Shown: positions 13,543 through 21,806 of the stretch, piece after piece
How the letters are laid out: the number at the start of each line of letters is the position of its first letter
How positions within the stretch are numbered: position 1 is the first letter of the stretch
Assembly (NCBI GenBank): GCA_014879765.1
Contig: JACSRL010000420.1
Span: 1-32,278, forward strand
Direction: 5' to 3'
DNA: 32,278 nt
Origin: Anaerolinea sp.
Lineage (GTDB): Bacteria > Chloroflexota > Anaerolineae > JAAEKA01
Made by a program: the position numbers and the translations under genes
The notes under the pieces: model-generated
Database searches by the model: none
Seen by the model: only the letters and a program-made list of their open reading frames with translations
Told to the model about the DNA's origin: nothing

Positions 13543-15921
13543 ATGTTCTACACACCCGATCCCGCCGACGTTCTTGAGCTGCTTGAGCCGGCGCCCACCT
13601 GGACGGTGAGCTATGGACCCGGCCCGGCGCCCAGCGATGCCCTTCCCGACGAGCCGGTCATCACCGGCGAGATCGTGGCGGTCGGCTACCGTGATCCCGC
13701 GACCGGCTTCTTCGTGGCCACGCTGCGCCGGGGCAAGGACGAGATCCCGGTGGTGGGCACCGCCATGTTCCTGGCCCCAGGCGCGCAAGTCACAGTGGCC
13801 GGCCAGTGGGTGGATCATCCGCACTACGGCCGACAGTTCAAGGCGTCCAGCGTGGTGCTGACCGACCAGGACAGCGCGGTGCAGGTGCTGCTGGCCAGCG
13901 GCTTCTTGAAGGGCGTCAAGGTCGCCATGGCCCAGCGCATCGCCCAGGCCTTCGGCGCCCAGACCTTCGCGCGGCTGGACGAAGCGCTGGACGATCCCAA
14001 CCGGCTGCGCATGGTGAAGGGCATCGGTCCCACCAACTGCCACTGGATCGTGGAGTCGTGGCGCGCGCAGCGGCACTGGGCCAACGCGGCTCTCGTCTCG
14101 GTGCGGGCGGGGCTGACCATGCGCCAGGCCAGGGAGGCCTACCGGCGCTTCGGCGAGCAACTGGCCAAGGTCGTCGCCGACAACCCTTACCTGCTCACGG
14201 TCCTGTCCGGCGTCACCTGGCAGCGCGCGGACGAGATCGCGGCGCTTGAGTGGCCGGGCAAGGCCAGGATCGACCACGACGACGCGCGGCGCTACGGCGC
14301 GGCCGTGCGGGAGGTGCTGCGCGAGGCCTACAGCCAAGGCCACATGGCGCTGGCCGAGACGGATGCGCTGGCGCGCGCCAAGCAACTGGCAAGGCCCACC
14401 CACGACGGCTTCGAGCAGAAGGTGCGGGCGCGCTACGACCAGGATTACCTGCTCCTCCAAGGCGACTGGCTGTACCTGGAACCCTACTTCGAGATCGAGG
14501 AAGAGACCGCGGCCGGCATCGCCCGCATTCTTCAGAGCCCTGGTACGCCGGTGGGCGACTGGGATGCCATCGGAAACAATCTGGACCAGTACGCCGACTT
14601 CGCCCTTTCGCCTGACCAGGTGGAGGCGGTGCGGCTCGCGCTGGCCCACCGGCTGGTGGTGATCACGGGCGGACCGGGCTGTGGCAAGACGACTATCGTC
14701 CGTGTAATCTGCAACATCATGCAGGCGCAGGGCTTGAGCCTCACCCTGTGCGCACCCACCGGTAAGGCAGCCAGGCGCATGACTGAAGCCACCGGCCTGC
14801 CATCCGCCACCATCCACCGCACCCTGGGCATCTTCGACGATGAAGAAGCCAGGTACAGCTTCCAGACTGATGCGGTGACCATCGACGAAAGTTCCATGAT
14901 CACTGCGGCCCTCATGCGCCGGATCGTCAAGGCCTGCGGCGAGCGAACGCGGCTGATCTTCGTGGGCGACGTGGACCAGCTGCCGCCGGTGGGCGCGGGC
15001 GAGCCCTTCTTCCAACTGATCCACAGCGGTGTGGTCCCGGTCGCGCGCCTTACCGTCATCCACCGCCAGGGCAAGGGCAGCGGCATCATCGTGGCGGCCC
15101 ACGGCTTCAACCGCGGCCTCGTGCCTGATCTGTCGAGCTACGACGACATCGAGATCGAGTATGCAAGCAGCAACGCAGCATTGCCCACCCATCTCTTGCG
15201 GTGGGTAAGCGATCTTATCGCTTGCGGCCTGTCCATCCGCGACATCCAGGTGCTGACACCCTTGAACAACCATCCCTGGGGCCAGCACGCCCTCAACCTG
15301 CGCCTGCAAGAGCGCTACAACCCTGGGCCGTTCCCGCTCAAGGGCTGTCCCTTCAAGCCGGGCGACAAGGTGATCCACACCAGAAATGTCTATGACTTGC
15401 GCGGCCAAACAGTGCTGAACGGCATGGTGGGCATGGTGGAGTGGGTGGCCAGCGACGAGGAAGAGCGCAGGATGGATATCCGGCGCAGGGAAGAAGGCGA
15501 TGACGAGCTGCCACTGGTACTCGACGTGCAGTTCGACGGCGAGCTGGACGTCACTTCCTACACGCGCGAGGACCTGGGCTATCTCAAACTGGCTTATGCG
15601 ATCTCGGTTCACCGCGGCCAAGGCAGCGAATTCAACTACGTGGTGCTGGCCCTTCCCACCACGCGGCCTGACTTCATGCTGCGCCAGCTAGCCTACACCG
15701 GGCTGACCAGGGCCAAGACCTACTGTGTGCTGATCTCGGCTCAGTCGGCCCTGCAAGCCTACGTCCAGAACGAGGAACGCGTGCGTCGCGTCACCTTCCT
15801 GGGCGACATGCTTCGGAACCTTCAGGTTGAGCCTGTCGAAACCCTCGGTTTGAGCTTGTCGAAACCAGTTCCGGGGCAGGTCGATGCCCAAGGCGAGTTG
15901 AATGGAGGTGTGTATGACTGA
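13543..15921 (+). CDS. recD2: RecD2-type SF1B DNA helicase
   Basis: 792 aa. Walker A ITGGPGCGKTT, Walker B IDESSM, VGDVDQLPPVG and AISVHRGQGSEF are present, together with the N-terminal OB/HhH-like region typical of RecD2. The last ~36 codons (NLQVEPVETLGLSLSKPVPG...) are encoded by REP copy B. Confidence 0.85.
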   Translation: MFYTPDPADVLELLEPAPTWTVSYGPGPAPSDALPDEPVITGEIVAVGYRDPATGFFVATLRRGKDEIPVVGTAMFLAPGAQVTVAGQWVDHPHYGRQFKASSVVLTDQDSAVQVLLASGFLKGVKVAMAQRIAQAFGAQTFARLDEALDDPNRLRMVKGIGPTNCHWIVESWRAQRHWANAALVSVRAGLTMRQAREAYRRFGEQLAKVVADNPYLLTVLSGVTWQRADEIAALEWPGKARIDHDDARRYGAAVREVLREAYSQGHMALAETDALARAKQLARPTHDGFEQKVRARYDQDYLLLQGDWLYLEPYFEIEEETAAGIARILQSPGTPVGDWDAIGNNLDQYADFALSPDQVEAVRLALAHRLVVITGGPGCGKTTIVRVICNIMQAQGLSLTLCAPTGKAARRMTEATGLPSATIHRTLGIFDDEEARYSFQTDAVTIDESSMITAALMRRIVKACGERTRLIFVGDVDQLPPVGAGEPFFQLIHSGVVPVARLTVIHRQGKGSGIIVAAHGFNRGLVPDLSSYDDIEIEYASSNAALPTHLLRWVSDLIACGLSIRDIQVLTPLNNHPWGQHALNLRLQERYNPGPFPLKGCPFKPGDKVIHTRNVYDLRGQTVLNGMVGMVEWVASDEEERRMDIRRREEGDDELPLVLDVQFDGELDVTSYTREDLGYLKLAYAISVHRGQGSEFNYVVLALPTTRPDFMLRQLAYTGLTRAKTYCVLISAQSALQAYVQNEERVRRVTFLGDMLRNLQVEPVETLGLSLSKPVPGQVDAQGELNGGVYD
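15814..15873 (+). repeat. REP/MITE-like repeat, copy B (double unit, forward)
   Basis: cggaaccttcaggttgagcctgtcgaaaccctcggtttgagcttgtcgaaaccagttccgg. It lies inside the 3' end of the helicase ORF, 41 nt before the methyltransferase start. Confidence 0.85.
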
Positions 15922-17407
15922 TTGGATGGCCCTGGAGCCACACCCTGTCGCGGACCTGCTGCCGCTGATGGATGAGGTTTCCTTCAAGGAACTCAAAGAT
16001 GACATCGCGCTCAACGGGCTGCGGGAACCGGTCTGGCTGCACCCGGACGGCCGCATCCTGGACGGCCGCAACCGGCACAAGGCTTGCGTTGCGCTGCGTC
16101 TCAAGCCGGCGACCAAAGTCTATGCAGGCGACCTGTCCACCGAAGCGATCGTGGCTTTCATCATCTCGCTGAACCTGAAACGGCGACACCTGGACAGTGG
16201 ACAGCGAGCCTTCGTGGCGCTGCGCGTCGAGCAGACGCTGGCCGAGGCAGCGCGGGAGCGAATGATTGCATCGCAGAACAACGATGCTGGCAGAGCAGCT
16301 TTTCAAAGAATTGAAAAGCAGGCAGACACGCCCATTCATGCCGCTGCCCGAGCCGCGGCCATGGTGGGCACCAACCGTCAGTATGTGGCCGACGCCAAGA
16401 AAATCAGGCAGGAAGCGCCTGACCTGGAGCAGCAGGTGGTGGCGGGCAAGCTGACCCTGCCCAAAGCCAAGCAGCAGCTCAAGAAACGCCAGCGCGCAAA
16501 GCAGCCCCGGCAGCCACAACCGGCGGCGGTCCAGGCCCTACCAGAGCCAGCGCATGACGATCAGCCGGCGGACGCAGCGACAGACTGGACCCAGAAGGCC
16601 ATTGGTGACGTGATCGTTTGGCGCGCGGACAGCCGCAATCTGGCAGGTGAGACAACAATCTGTGATGTTGACCTGGTCGTCACTTCGCCGCCCTATAACG
16701 TGGGCATCGAGTACGGCGAGCACCATGACCAGATGCCGCCAGAGCAATATGAGGATCTGCTCGATCAAGTCTTCCTGGCCTGCCATCAGGTGATGCGCGA
16801 TGGGGCCAGGATCGCCGTGGTGATGCCCTTCGGCGTTGGGCGCAACCCGTGGCGGCCGTTGGGCCTGCTGACGGCGACGCGCCTACAGAAGGCCGGCTTC
16901 ATCCTGCGCGGCCAGATCGTCTGGGACAAGGGCAGCTCGGGCAATCGCACCAGCTGGGGATCGTTCCGGATGCCCAGTGATCCCAGCCTGCGCGACACGG
17001 TGGAGTGTATCCTTGTTGCCCACAAGGCGCACAGCGCGGCGCCCGTGCCTCGCACTGTGCTTCGCCAGGACGACAAGGGCACCCACTCGCCCTGGCTGGC
17101 AAGCTCCGACTACTTCCTGGCTTTGTCCCAAGACCATTGGGCGGTGGCGCCGGAGAGCGCGCAGCGCGTCGGCCATCCCGCACCCTTTCCCGTGGAACTG
17201 GCACAGCGGCTGCTCCATTTCTACGGCTGGCCGGGCTGCACCCTGCTGGACCCATTCGGCGGATCAGGCACGGTGGGCGTGGCCGCGGCGCTGTGGAGAT
17301 GCCGGGCGCATGTCGTAGAAATCGACCCAGCCTACTGTGACCTGACCGCGCGGCGGGTTGCTGCGGCTTATGAACACCTGAGAACCCAGGAGGCCAGCCA
17401 TGGATGA
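15914..17407 (+). CDS. ParB/Srx-domain-fused DNA methyltransferase (beta-class N4-C or N6-A)
   Basis: GGAGG then ATG 15914, overlapping the helicase stop by 8 nt. The N-terminus has ILDGRNRHKACVAL (ParB-like). Motif IV DLVVTSPPY precedes motif I LLDPFGGSGTVG, which is the beta permutation. Confidence 0.85.
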   Translation: MTDWMALEPHPVADLLPLMDEVSFKELKDDIALNGLREPVWLHPDGRILDGRNRHKACVALRLKPATKVYAGDLSTEAIVAFIISLNLKRRHLDSGQRAFVALRVEQTLAEAARERMIASQNNDAGRAAFQRIEKQADTPIHAAARAAAMVGTNRQYVADAKKIRQEAPDLEQQVVAGKLTLPKAKQQLKKRQRAKQPRQPQPAAVQALPEPAHDDQPADAATDWTQKAIGDVIVWRADSRNLAGETTICDVDLVVTSPPYNVGIEYGEHHDQMPPEQYEDLLDQVFLACHQVMRDGARIAVVMPFGVGRNPWRPLGLLTATRLQKAGFILRGQIVWDKGSSGNRTSWGSFRMPSDPSLRDTVECILVAHKAHSAAPVPRTVLRQDDKGTHSPWLASSDYFLALSQDHWAVAPESAQRVGHPAPFPVELAQRLLHFYGWPGCTLLDPFGGSGTVGVAAALWRCRAHVVEIDPAYCDLTARRVAAAYEHLRTQEASHG

Positions 17408-17936
17408 TAGCGGCGCGTTCCAGGCCATGGGCAAGAAGCAGGGTGATTGGTTCGAGGAGAGCAGCCGGCGCGTCTTGGAGGACGTGGGTTTCACCATCGA
17501 CGCGCGGCGTGCGGTGATCGCCGACGCAGGCGTGGAGGTGGACATCATCGCCACCAACCGCCAGCAGATCAGCTTCTACTTCACCTGCAAGGGATCGTGG
17601 CGGGGCAGGCGGCCGGGCGCGCGCCGCACCGACACCTTCAAGAAGGCGGTCGCCGAGGCGCTGATGTTGCATGCGCAAGGGTGGGGGCCGGTGGTGCTGC
17701 TCACCTCCCACAAGCCGGACACGCCTGCCGGCCGCGCCATGCTGGCCAACGTCGACCCAGAGATCATGTTCGACGTCATCGATCCCATCCAGGAAGCGAA
17801 ACGCTTGCAATGGCTGGCGGCAGCAACGGAGCAGGAGTTGCGCCAGGACCTGCAACAGCGCCGTTCCCTGTTCCGGATAGCCAGGCCGCATAGAGGTTTT
17901 CTGCGCTACAGCCAGGCTGTTGAACCCGCTTGGTAA
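17400..17936 (+). CDS. PD-(D/E)xK-like nuclease-fold protein (restriction-endonuclease-like or resolvase-like)
   Basis: 178 aa. GGAGG then ATG 17400, overlapping the methyltransferase stop by 8 nt. GDWFEESSRRVLEDVGFTI...DAGVEVDIIATNRQQISFYFTCKG resembles the Mrr-cat/Hjc core (G..FE...L...Gf, D..D-IA, x-C-K). Confidence 0.55.
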   Translation: MDDSGAFQAMGKKQGDWFEESSRRVLEDVGFTIDARRAVIADAGVEVDIIATNRQQISFYFTCKGSWRGRRPGARRTDTFKKAVAEALMLHAQGWGPVVLLTSHKPDTPAGRAMLANVDPEIMFDVIDPIQEAKRLQWLAAATEQELRQDLQQRRSLFRIARPHRGFLRYSQAVEPAW

Positions 17937-17970
17937 GGAAAGGTGCCATGCTGCCTGCGGTGCACAGTCT

Positions 17971-18009
17971 CGGAACCGGGTTTCGACAAGCTCAACCTGA
18001 AGGTTCCGG
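17971..18009 (-). repeat. REP/MITE-like repeat, copy C (single unit, reverse)
   Basis: cggaaccgggtttcgacaagctcaacctgaaggttccgg is the reverse complement of the forward unit. It lies 35 nt after the nuclease stop. Confidence 0.85.
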
Positions 18010-18015
18010 ACCAGC

Positions 18016-18034
18016 CGTAGCGCCTGCGGCGCAT
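18016..18034 (+). promoter_or_regulatory. Conserved hairpin motif, copy 3 (CGTAGCGCC-TGC-GGCGCAT)
   Basis: It lies 31 nt before ATG 18065 and is identical at 18 of 19 nt to the copy at 18454. Confidence 0.55.
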
Positions 18035-18064
18035 CATGACAGCGACAACGGAAAGGAACATCAA

Positions 18065-18415
18065 ATGCCTACTCAACTTCAAGCTCAGTACATCATCTGC
18101 CGGGTCAAGCTGCCAACCCAGGTGACGGTGATGCACGGCAGCCTGGACGCAGCCAAGGTCGAGGCTGAGCGGCTGGCCCGCAAACAGAACGATCGGTTCA
18201 TGGTCTTCGAGCTGATCGGGGTTGTGGCTCCTGCGCAGCCACCGCTGGCCTGGACGTGGCAGCGGGAGGCAACGGCTACCGAACACTCCAACACTGTATT
18301 TGGCTTAGCCCAACGTGATTTGTCATATCCCGACGATCTGGGCAGCGATGATCTGGGTGATGATTGGATGGGCGACATCGATGCGACTGACGGTGAGCCA
18401 TTCGGCGCCAAGTAG
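18065..18415 (+). CDS. Hypothetical protein with an acidic C-terminal tail
   Basis: Trimmed to ATG 18065, with GAAAGGAA upstream. 116 aa. The tail is PDDLGSDDLGDDWMGDIDATDGEPFGAK. Confidence 0.6.
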   Translation: MPTQLQAQYIICRVKLPTQVTVMHGSLDAAKVEAERLARKQNDRFMVFELIGVVAPAQPPLAWTWQREATATEHSNTVFGLAQRDLSYPDDLGSDDLGDDWMGDIDATDGEPFGAK

Positions 18416-18453
18416 TTTCACTGAATTCGGCTGCGAGATTGGCTGATCCTCCA

Positions 18454-18472
18454 CGTAGCGCCTACGGCGCAT
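18454..18472 (+). promoter_or_regulatory. Conserved hairpin motif, copy 4 (CGTAGCGCC-TAC-GGCGCAT)
   Basis: It lies 34 nt before ATG 18506. The following GAC...AACGACA..AAGGA leader also parallels the leader of copy 3. Confidence 0.55.
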
Positions 18473-18505
18473 GACTGGCAAAACGACAGCAAGGAGTAGT
18501 ACCCA

Positions 18506-18883
18506 ATGGACGCCCAGACCGCCCTGGAACAGCTAGCCACCATCTACGACCGCGATCTGCAGCCTGCCGAGGCTGCAACCGAGGCCATGACGATCTACCT
18601 GGAGATGGGCGAGCGCATCGCCGAGCTGGACGTGATCCGCGCCAGCGCCAAGCAGGTACTCGCCGACGTGCTGGCCGAGATCGGCGCGGATCGCCTGGAA
18701 ACCGCTGCCGGTGTGGCCTATGTGACCACGCCCAGCCTCCGCTCTAGCTATGACGCCAAGGGCCTGGACAAGCTGGTAGCCGCCGTGCCCGGCCTGGCAA
18801 ACATGCTTGCGCCGTACCGCACTGAGCGCGAGATCGCTGGTACTTTGACCATCCGTGCTGGCGGTAGAGCCAAGGAAATGTGA
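18506..18883 (+). CDS. Hypothetical protein (possibly Gp157/Gam-like coiled coil)
   Basis: 125 aa, AAGGAG RBS. The helical N-terminal half and the ...SYDAKGLDKL... segment are loosely reminiscent of the siphovirus Gp157 family. Weak. Confidence 0.6.
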   Translation: MDAQTALEQLATIYDRDLQPAEAATEAMTIYLEMGERIAELDVIRASAKQVLADVLAEIGADRLETAAGVAYVTTPSLRSSYDAKGLDKLVAAVPGLANMLAPYRTEREIAGTLTIRAGGRAKEM

Positions 18884-18886
18884 ACC

Positions 18887-19096
18887 ATGAAAACACCCTT
18901 CGACGACACGGATCGCACCACCATCTGCGACCGCTGCGGCGACGAGATCAACCTGGCCGAGGCCAACTATGCCGGTCCCGAGCTGCCGCTGTGGGAAGGC
19001 GCCACGCTGTGCAACGACTGCTACGCGGCCGAGCGGGTGAGCGAGCCACAGGCGGCTGATCCTGACTACGGTTTGGACGAGCGGCCCAACGACTGA
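18887..19096 (+). CDS. Small zinc-ribbon protein
   Basis: 69 aa, with CDRCG...CNDC. Confidence 0.6.
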   Translation: MKTPFDDTDRTTICDRCGDEINLAEANYAGPELPLWEGATLCNDCYAAERVSEPQAADPDYGLDERPND

Positions 19097-19109
19097 CAAG
19101 AGCGAGACC

Positions 19110-19319
19110 ATGCGCAACACCGACCTGTTAGTCTGGGCAGAGCTTGAGCTGAACTGCCAACTGGCGGCCAACCGCACCTGCGCCACCTGCGGCAAAGTGG
19201 CGGACATAGGCTACCACATCACCTGCGACCATTGCGGCCGGCCGGTGTGCGGCGTGTGCGCTGTGCAGTTGGACGGGTGCGCCTTCTGTCCCACCTGCCC
19301 GCGTGAGCTGCCGTTCTGA
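19110..19319 (+). CDS. Small Cys-rich protein
   Basis: 69 aa, with CATCG...CDHCG..CGVC...CAFCPTC. Confidence 0.6.
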   Translation: MRNTDLLVWAELELNCQLAANRTCATCGKVADIGYHITCDHCGRPVCGVCAVQLDGCAFCPTCPRELPF

Positions 19320-19342
19320 CCATCGTAGCACAGGAGAAACTT

Positions 19343-19564
19343 ATGGACATCGAGAAGCTGTTGAAGCAAGCAGCCGACTACTGCGACAACGCTGGCAACA
19401 CAATGCGCTACTTGATGCCAGATCGCATAGCATTTGCCCAGATCGCCGATGCGTGTGCGAATGTGGCACGCGTGATGATCGAATACGAGCGGTGGCAGGA
19501 CGAGCGCTTGGAGGCGGAACGCCAACGGTTGCTGGCAAGCCACAGCAACGAATCGCCATTCTGA
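19343..19564 (+). CDS. Hypothetical protein
   Basis: 73 aa, AGGAGA RBS, helical. Confidence 0.6.
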   Translation: MDIEKLLKQAADYCDNAGNTMRYLMPDRIAFAQIADACANVARVMIEYERWQDERLEAERQRLLASHSNESPF

Positions 19565-19585
19565 TCGAGACAAGGACCACGACAC

Positions 19586-19837
19586 ATGCCCGATCCCTAC
19601 CTTCCAGTTCTGACTCTCGTGCTCGGCTTTCTGGCCGGGCGGTTCTTGCAGCCCTGGCGCGTGCGCGAGTACTGGTGGTATCTGAGAGGCTTGCTGCCTC
19701 ATCGCTGCCCATCCTGCGGCCGCTGGCACAGCCGGCGCACCATGCGTTTCGCTGAGCACCGCACAGCCGGCTGGGTTTTCATCTGCCAGGACTGCTACGA
19801 CGAGCAGTACCATCCCTTCAGTAAGGAGCAATCATGA
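19586..19837 (+). CDS. Small protein with an N-terminal hydrophobic helix and a zinc ribbon
   Basis: 83 aa, with PVLTLVLGFLAGRFL then CPSCG...CQDC. An ATGA overlap joins it to the next gene. Confidence 0.6.
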   Translation: MPDPYLPVLTLVLGFLAGRFLQPWRVREYWWYLRGLLPHRCPSCGRWHSRRTMRFAEHRTAGWVFICQDCYDEQYHPFSKEQS

Positions 19838-21444
19838 GCACTCAAGTATCAGCAACCGCAGTGGCGCACGGCAACCACGACGACGACGGCTACAACGACT
19901 TCCTGGCCCGCCTGAACGCGCGCTTCCTGGCCAACTGCGCCGGCGGCGCGCAGCCGCTGTTCACTACCGATGTCTCGGGGCTGTGGGACGCCTACCTGGG
20001 CAGTTTCGCCGACCCTGACGTCCGGCAGTACCACAACTGCCATGCGTGCCGGCAGTTCATCGAGCGCTTCGGCGGTCTGGTGACCATCGACGACGATGGC
20101 ATCCTGGCTCCGGCCATCTGGCACGTGGATGGCGCGCCGGAAAGCTACCAGCCGGCCCTGGTCGCCATGGCGCAGTTGGTGCGCCGCGCCAGGGTGACGG
20201 GCGTGTTCCTGGCGTCCAGCCCGGTGTGGGGAACGCCTGAGACCGGCGTGTGGCGTCACTTCGCTGTCCATCCCGCTGCGGGCATGGTCTTCAAGCGCGC
20301 CACGCAGACGGCCGGCCAGGCGATGGCCGAGAAGCGTGAGGACTTCCAGGCTGTAATGCGCGCGCTGGGCGAGTTCACGCAGCCGCACCTGGAGATGGCG
20401 CTGGCCCTCTTGAAGACTGACGCGCTGTACCGCAGCGAGAAGGTGCTCGGACAAGCGGAATGGCTGCACGCCCTGCACGGCGCGCGCGACGCAGTCCACG
20501 GCTCCCGCAAGGCCAACGTGGTGTGGCGTGTGGTAGCCACTGCGCCGGCCGGTTTCTGCCACCCGCGCAGCAGCATGATCGGCACGCTGCTGGAGGACAT
20601 CGCTGCCGGCATGAGGTACGAGGAAGTGGCCAGTCGCTTCGCGGCCAAGATGCACCCGCTGCGCTACCAGCGCCCACAGGCCGCGCCAACGGCCGGCGCG
20701 ATTGCCGCGGCCGAGAAGACGGTGCAACAGCTTCAGGCGGCCGGTTCACTCTTGCGGCGCTTCTGTCGGGTGGACGAGGTGCAGGCGCTGTGGCGGCCGG
20801 CGCCCAAGAAGAACGATGCGCCGGCCGATGGCGTGTTCGGTCACCTGAAGCCGAAACCGGTTCAGCCGGCGGCCAACATCCGCATCCCGGCGCAGACCAT
20901 GACCTGGGAGAAGTTCCAGCGCACCGTGCTGCCGACCGCTGAGCGCATCGAGTTTCTGGCGCCGGACAGAGGCTCCTACGTGGCGTTGGTGACGGCTGTG
21001 CATCCTGATGCGCCGCCCATCCTGCAATGGGACCGAGCCGACGCGCGCAACCCGGTGTCGTGGTACTTCTGGCACGGCGGCTCGACGGCCGCTTCGTTCG
21101 GCCTGCGCGGCGGCCAGTTCCATGACGTGGAAGCCATCACGCTCAAGCCGTCCATGTGGCAAGGCGGCTTCGAGCACCAAGGCGCTGGTGTGATGTTCAT
21201 CATCGCCGGCGCGCGCGAGAGCAGAATGGCTGGCGCTGCCGTCTTTCCAGAAATACTGAAGGCTGAGTTTCATGGCATCCGTTCCGTGATCGAGGCTTAC
21301 TCGCGCAGCGCCAGCATCCAAGGCATGAACGAGCCGCACGCAGCAGGCGTGATGCTGACCAAGGGCGACAACGCATGGAACGCTACACTGCGCGTCTGGA
21401 GCACGGGACGCAGCCAGGAGTATCGGCTGGATCGGTGGGACTGA
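19834..21444 (+). CDS. Large conserved-looking hypothetical protein
   Basis: 536 aa, AAGGAG RBS. It contains YHNCHACRQFIERFGG. No family recognised. Confidence 0.75.
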   Translation: MSTQVSATAVAHGNHDDDGYNDFLARLNARFLANCAGGAQPLFTTDVSGLWDAYLGSFADPDVRQYHNCHACRQFIERFGGLVTIDDDGILAPAIWHVDGAPESYQPALVAMAQLVRRARVTGVFLASSPVWGTPETGVWRHFAVHPAAGMVFKRATQTAGQAMAEKREDFQAVMRALGEFTQPHLEMALALLKTDALYRSEKVLGQAEWLHALHGARDAVHGSRKANVVWRVVATAPAGFCHPRSSMIGTLLEDIAAGMRYEEVASRFAAKMHPLRYQRPQAAPTAGAIAAAEKTVQQLQAAGSLLRRFCRVDEVQALWRPAPKKNDAPADGVFGHLKPKPVQPAANIRIPAQTMTWEKFQRTVLPTAERIEFLAPDRGSYVALVTAVHPDAPPILQWDRADARNPVSWYFWHGGSTAASFGLRGGQFHDVEAITLKPSMWQGGFEHQGAGVMFIIAGARESRMAGAAVFPEILKAEFHGIRSVIEAYSRSASIQGMNEPHAAGVMLTKGDNAWNATLRVWSTGRSQEYRLDRWD

Positions 21445-21498
21445 AGACCAGGCCACAATAGCTGACGCTGTTCTGAGCATGACGAGGAGAAGATCACT

Positions 21499-21801
21499 AT
21501 GACCATCGACTGGGACGACAAGACCCTCTACAGCCAGGTCATCGAGCAGGTGGAAGAGATCGGCCTGCAGCGCATGAAGGCCCAGCCTGGCATGAGCGAG
21601 GCCGACTTCTTCGCCGGCGCGATGGCAGCATTGACGGCCCTGGGGATGACGCCTATCCAGTACCCCGCCCGCTGGACGCTGGGCCTCATGTTCGGCAAGC
21701 CGCCCTTGGCGCGGCGCATGGAAAACGAGCTGCGGGCGCGCGACGCTTGCCGCGCTGCCCAGGACGCGCAGCCGGAACCGGGTTCCGAGACGGCGGGGTG
21801 A
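21499..21801 (+). CDS. Hypothetical protein
   Basis: 100 aa, GAGGAGA RBS. Confidence 0.6.
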   Translation: MTIDWDDKTLYSQVIEQVEEIGLQRMKAQPGMSEADFFAGAMAALTALGMTPIQYPARWTLGLMFGKPPLARRMENELRARDACRAAQDAQPEPGSETAG

Positions 21802-21806
21802 TATCC

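Noticed and set aside
13477-15621. A very long antisense ORF (714 aa) opposite the RecD2 helicase. Similar long shadow ORFs occur at 6729-8144, 7810-9219, 10739-11575, 16899-17891, 20746-21879, 23245-24459 and 29387-30685.
   Set aside because: High-GC DNA lacks stop codons in frames antisense to real genes. Their translations are Arg/Gly/Ala/Pro-rich low-complexity sequence without motifs, whereas the sense-strand frames carry clear catalytic motifs, RBSs and coupled starts.
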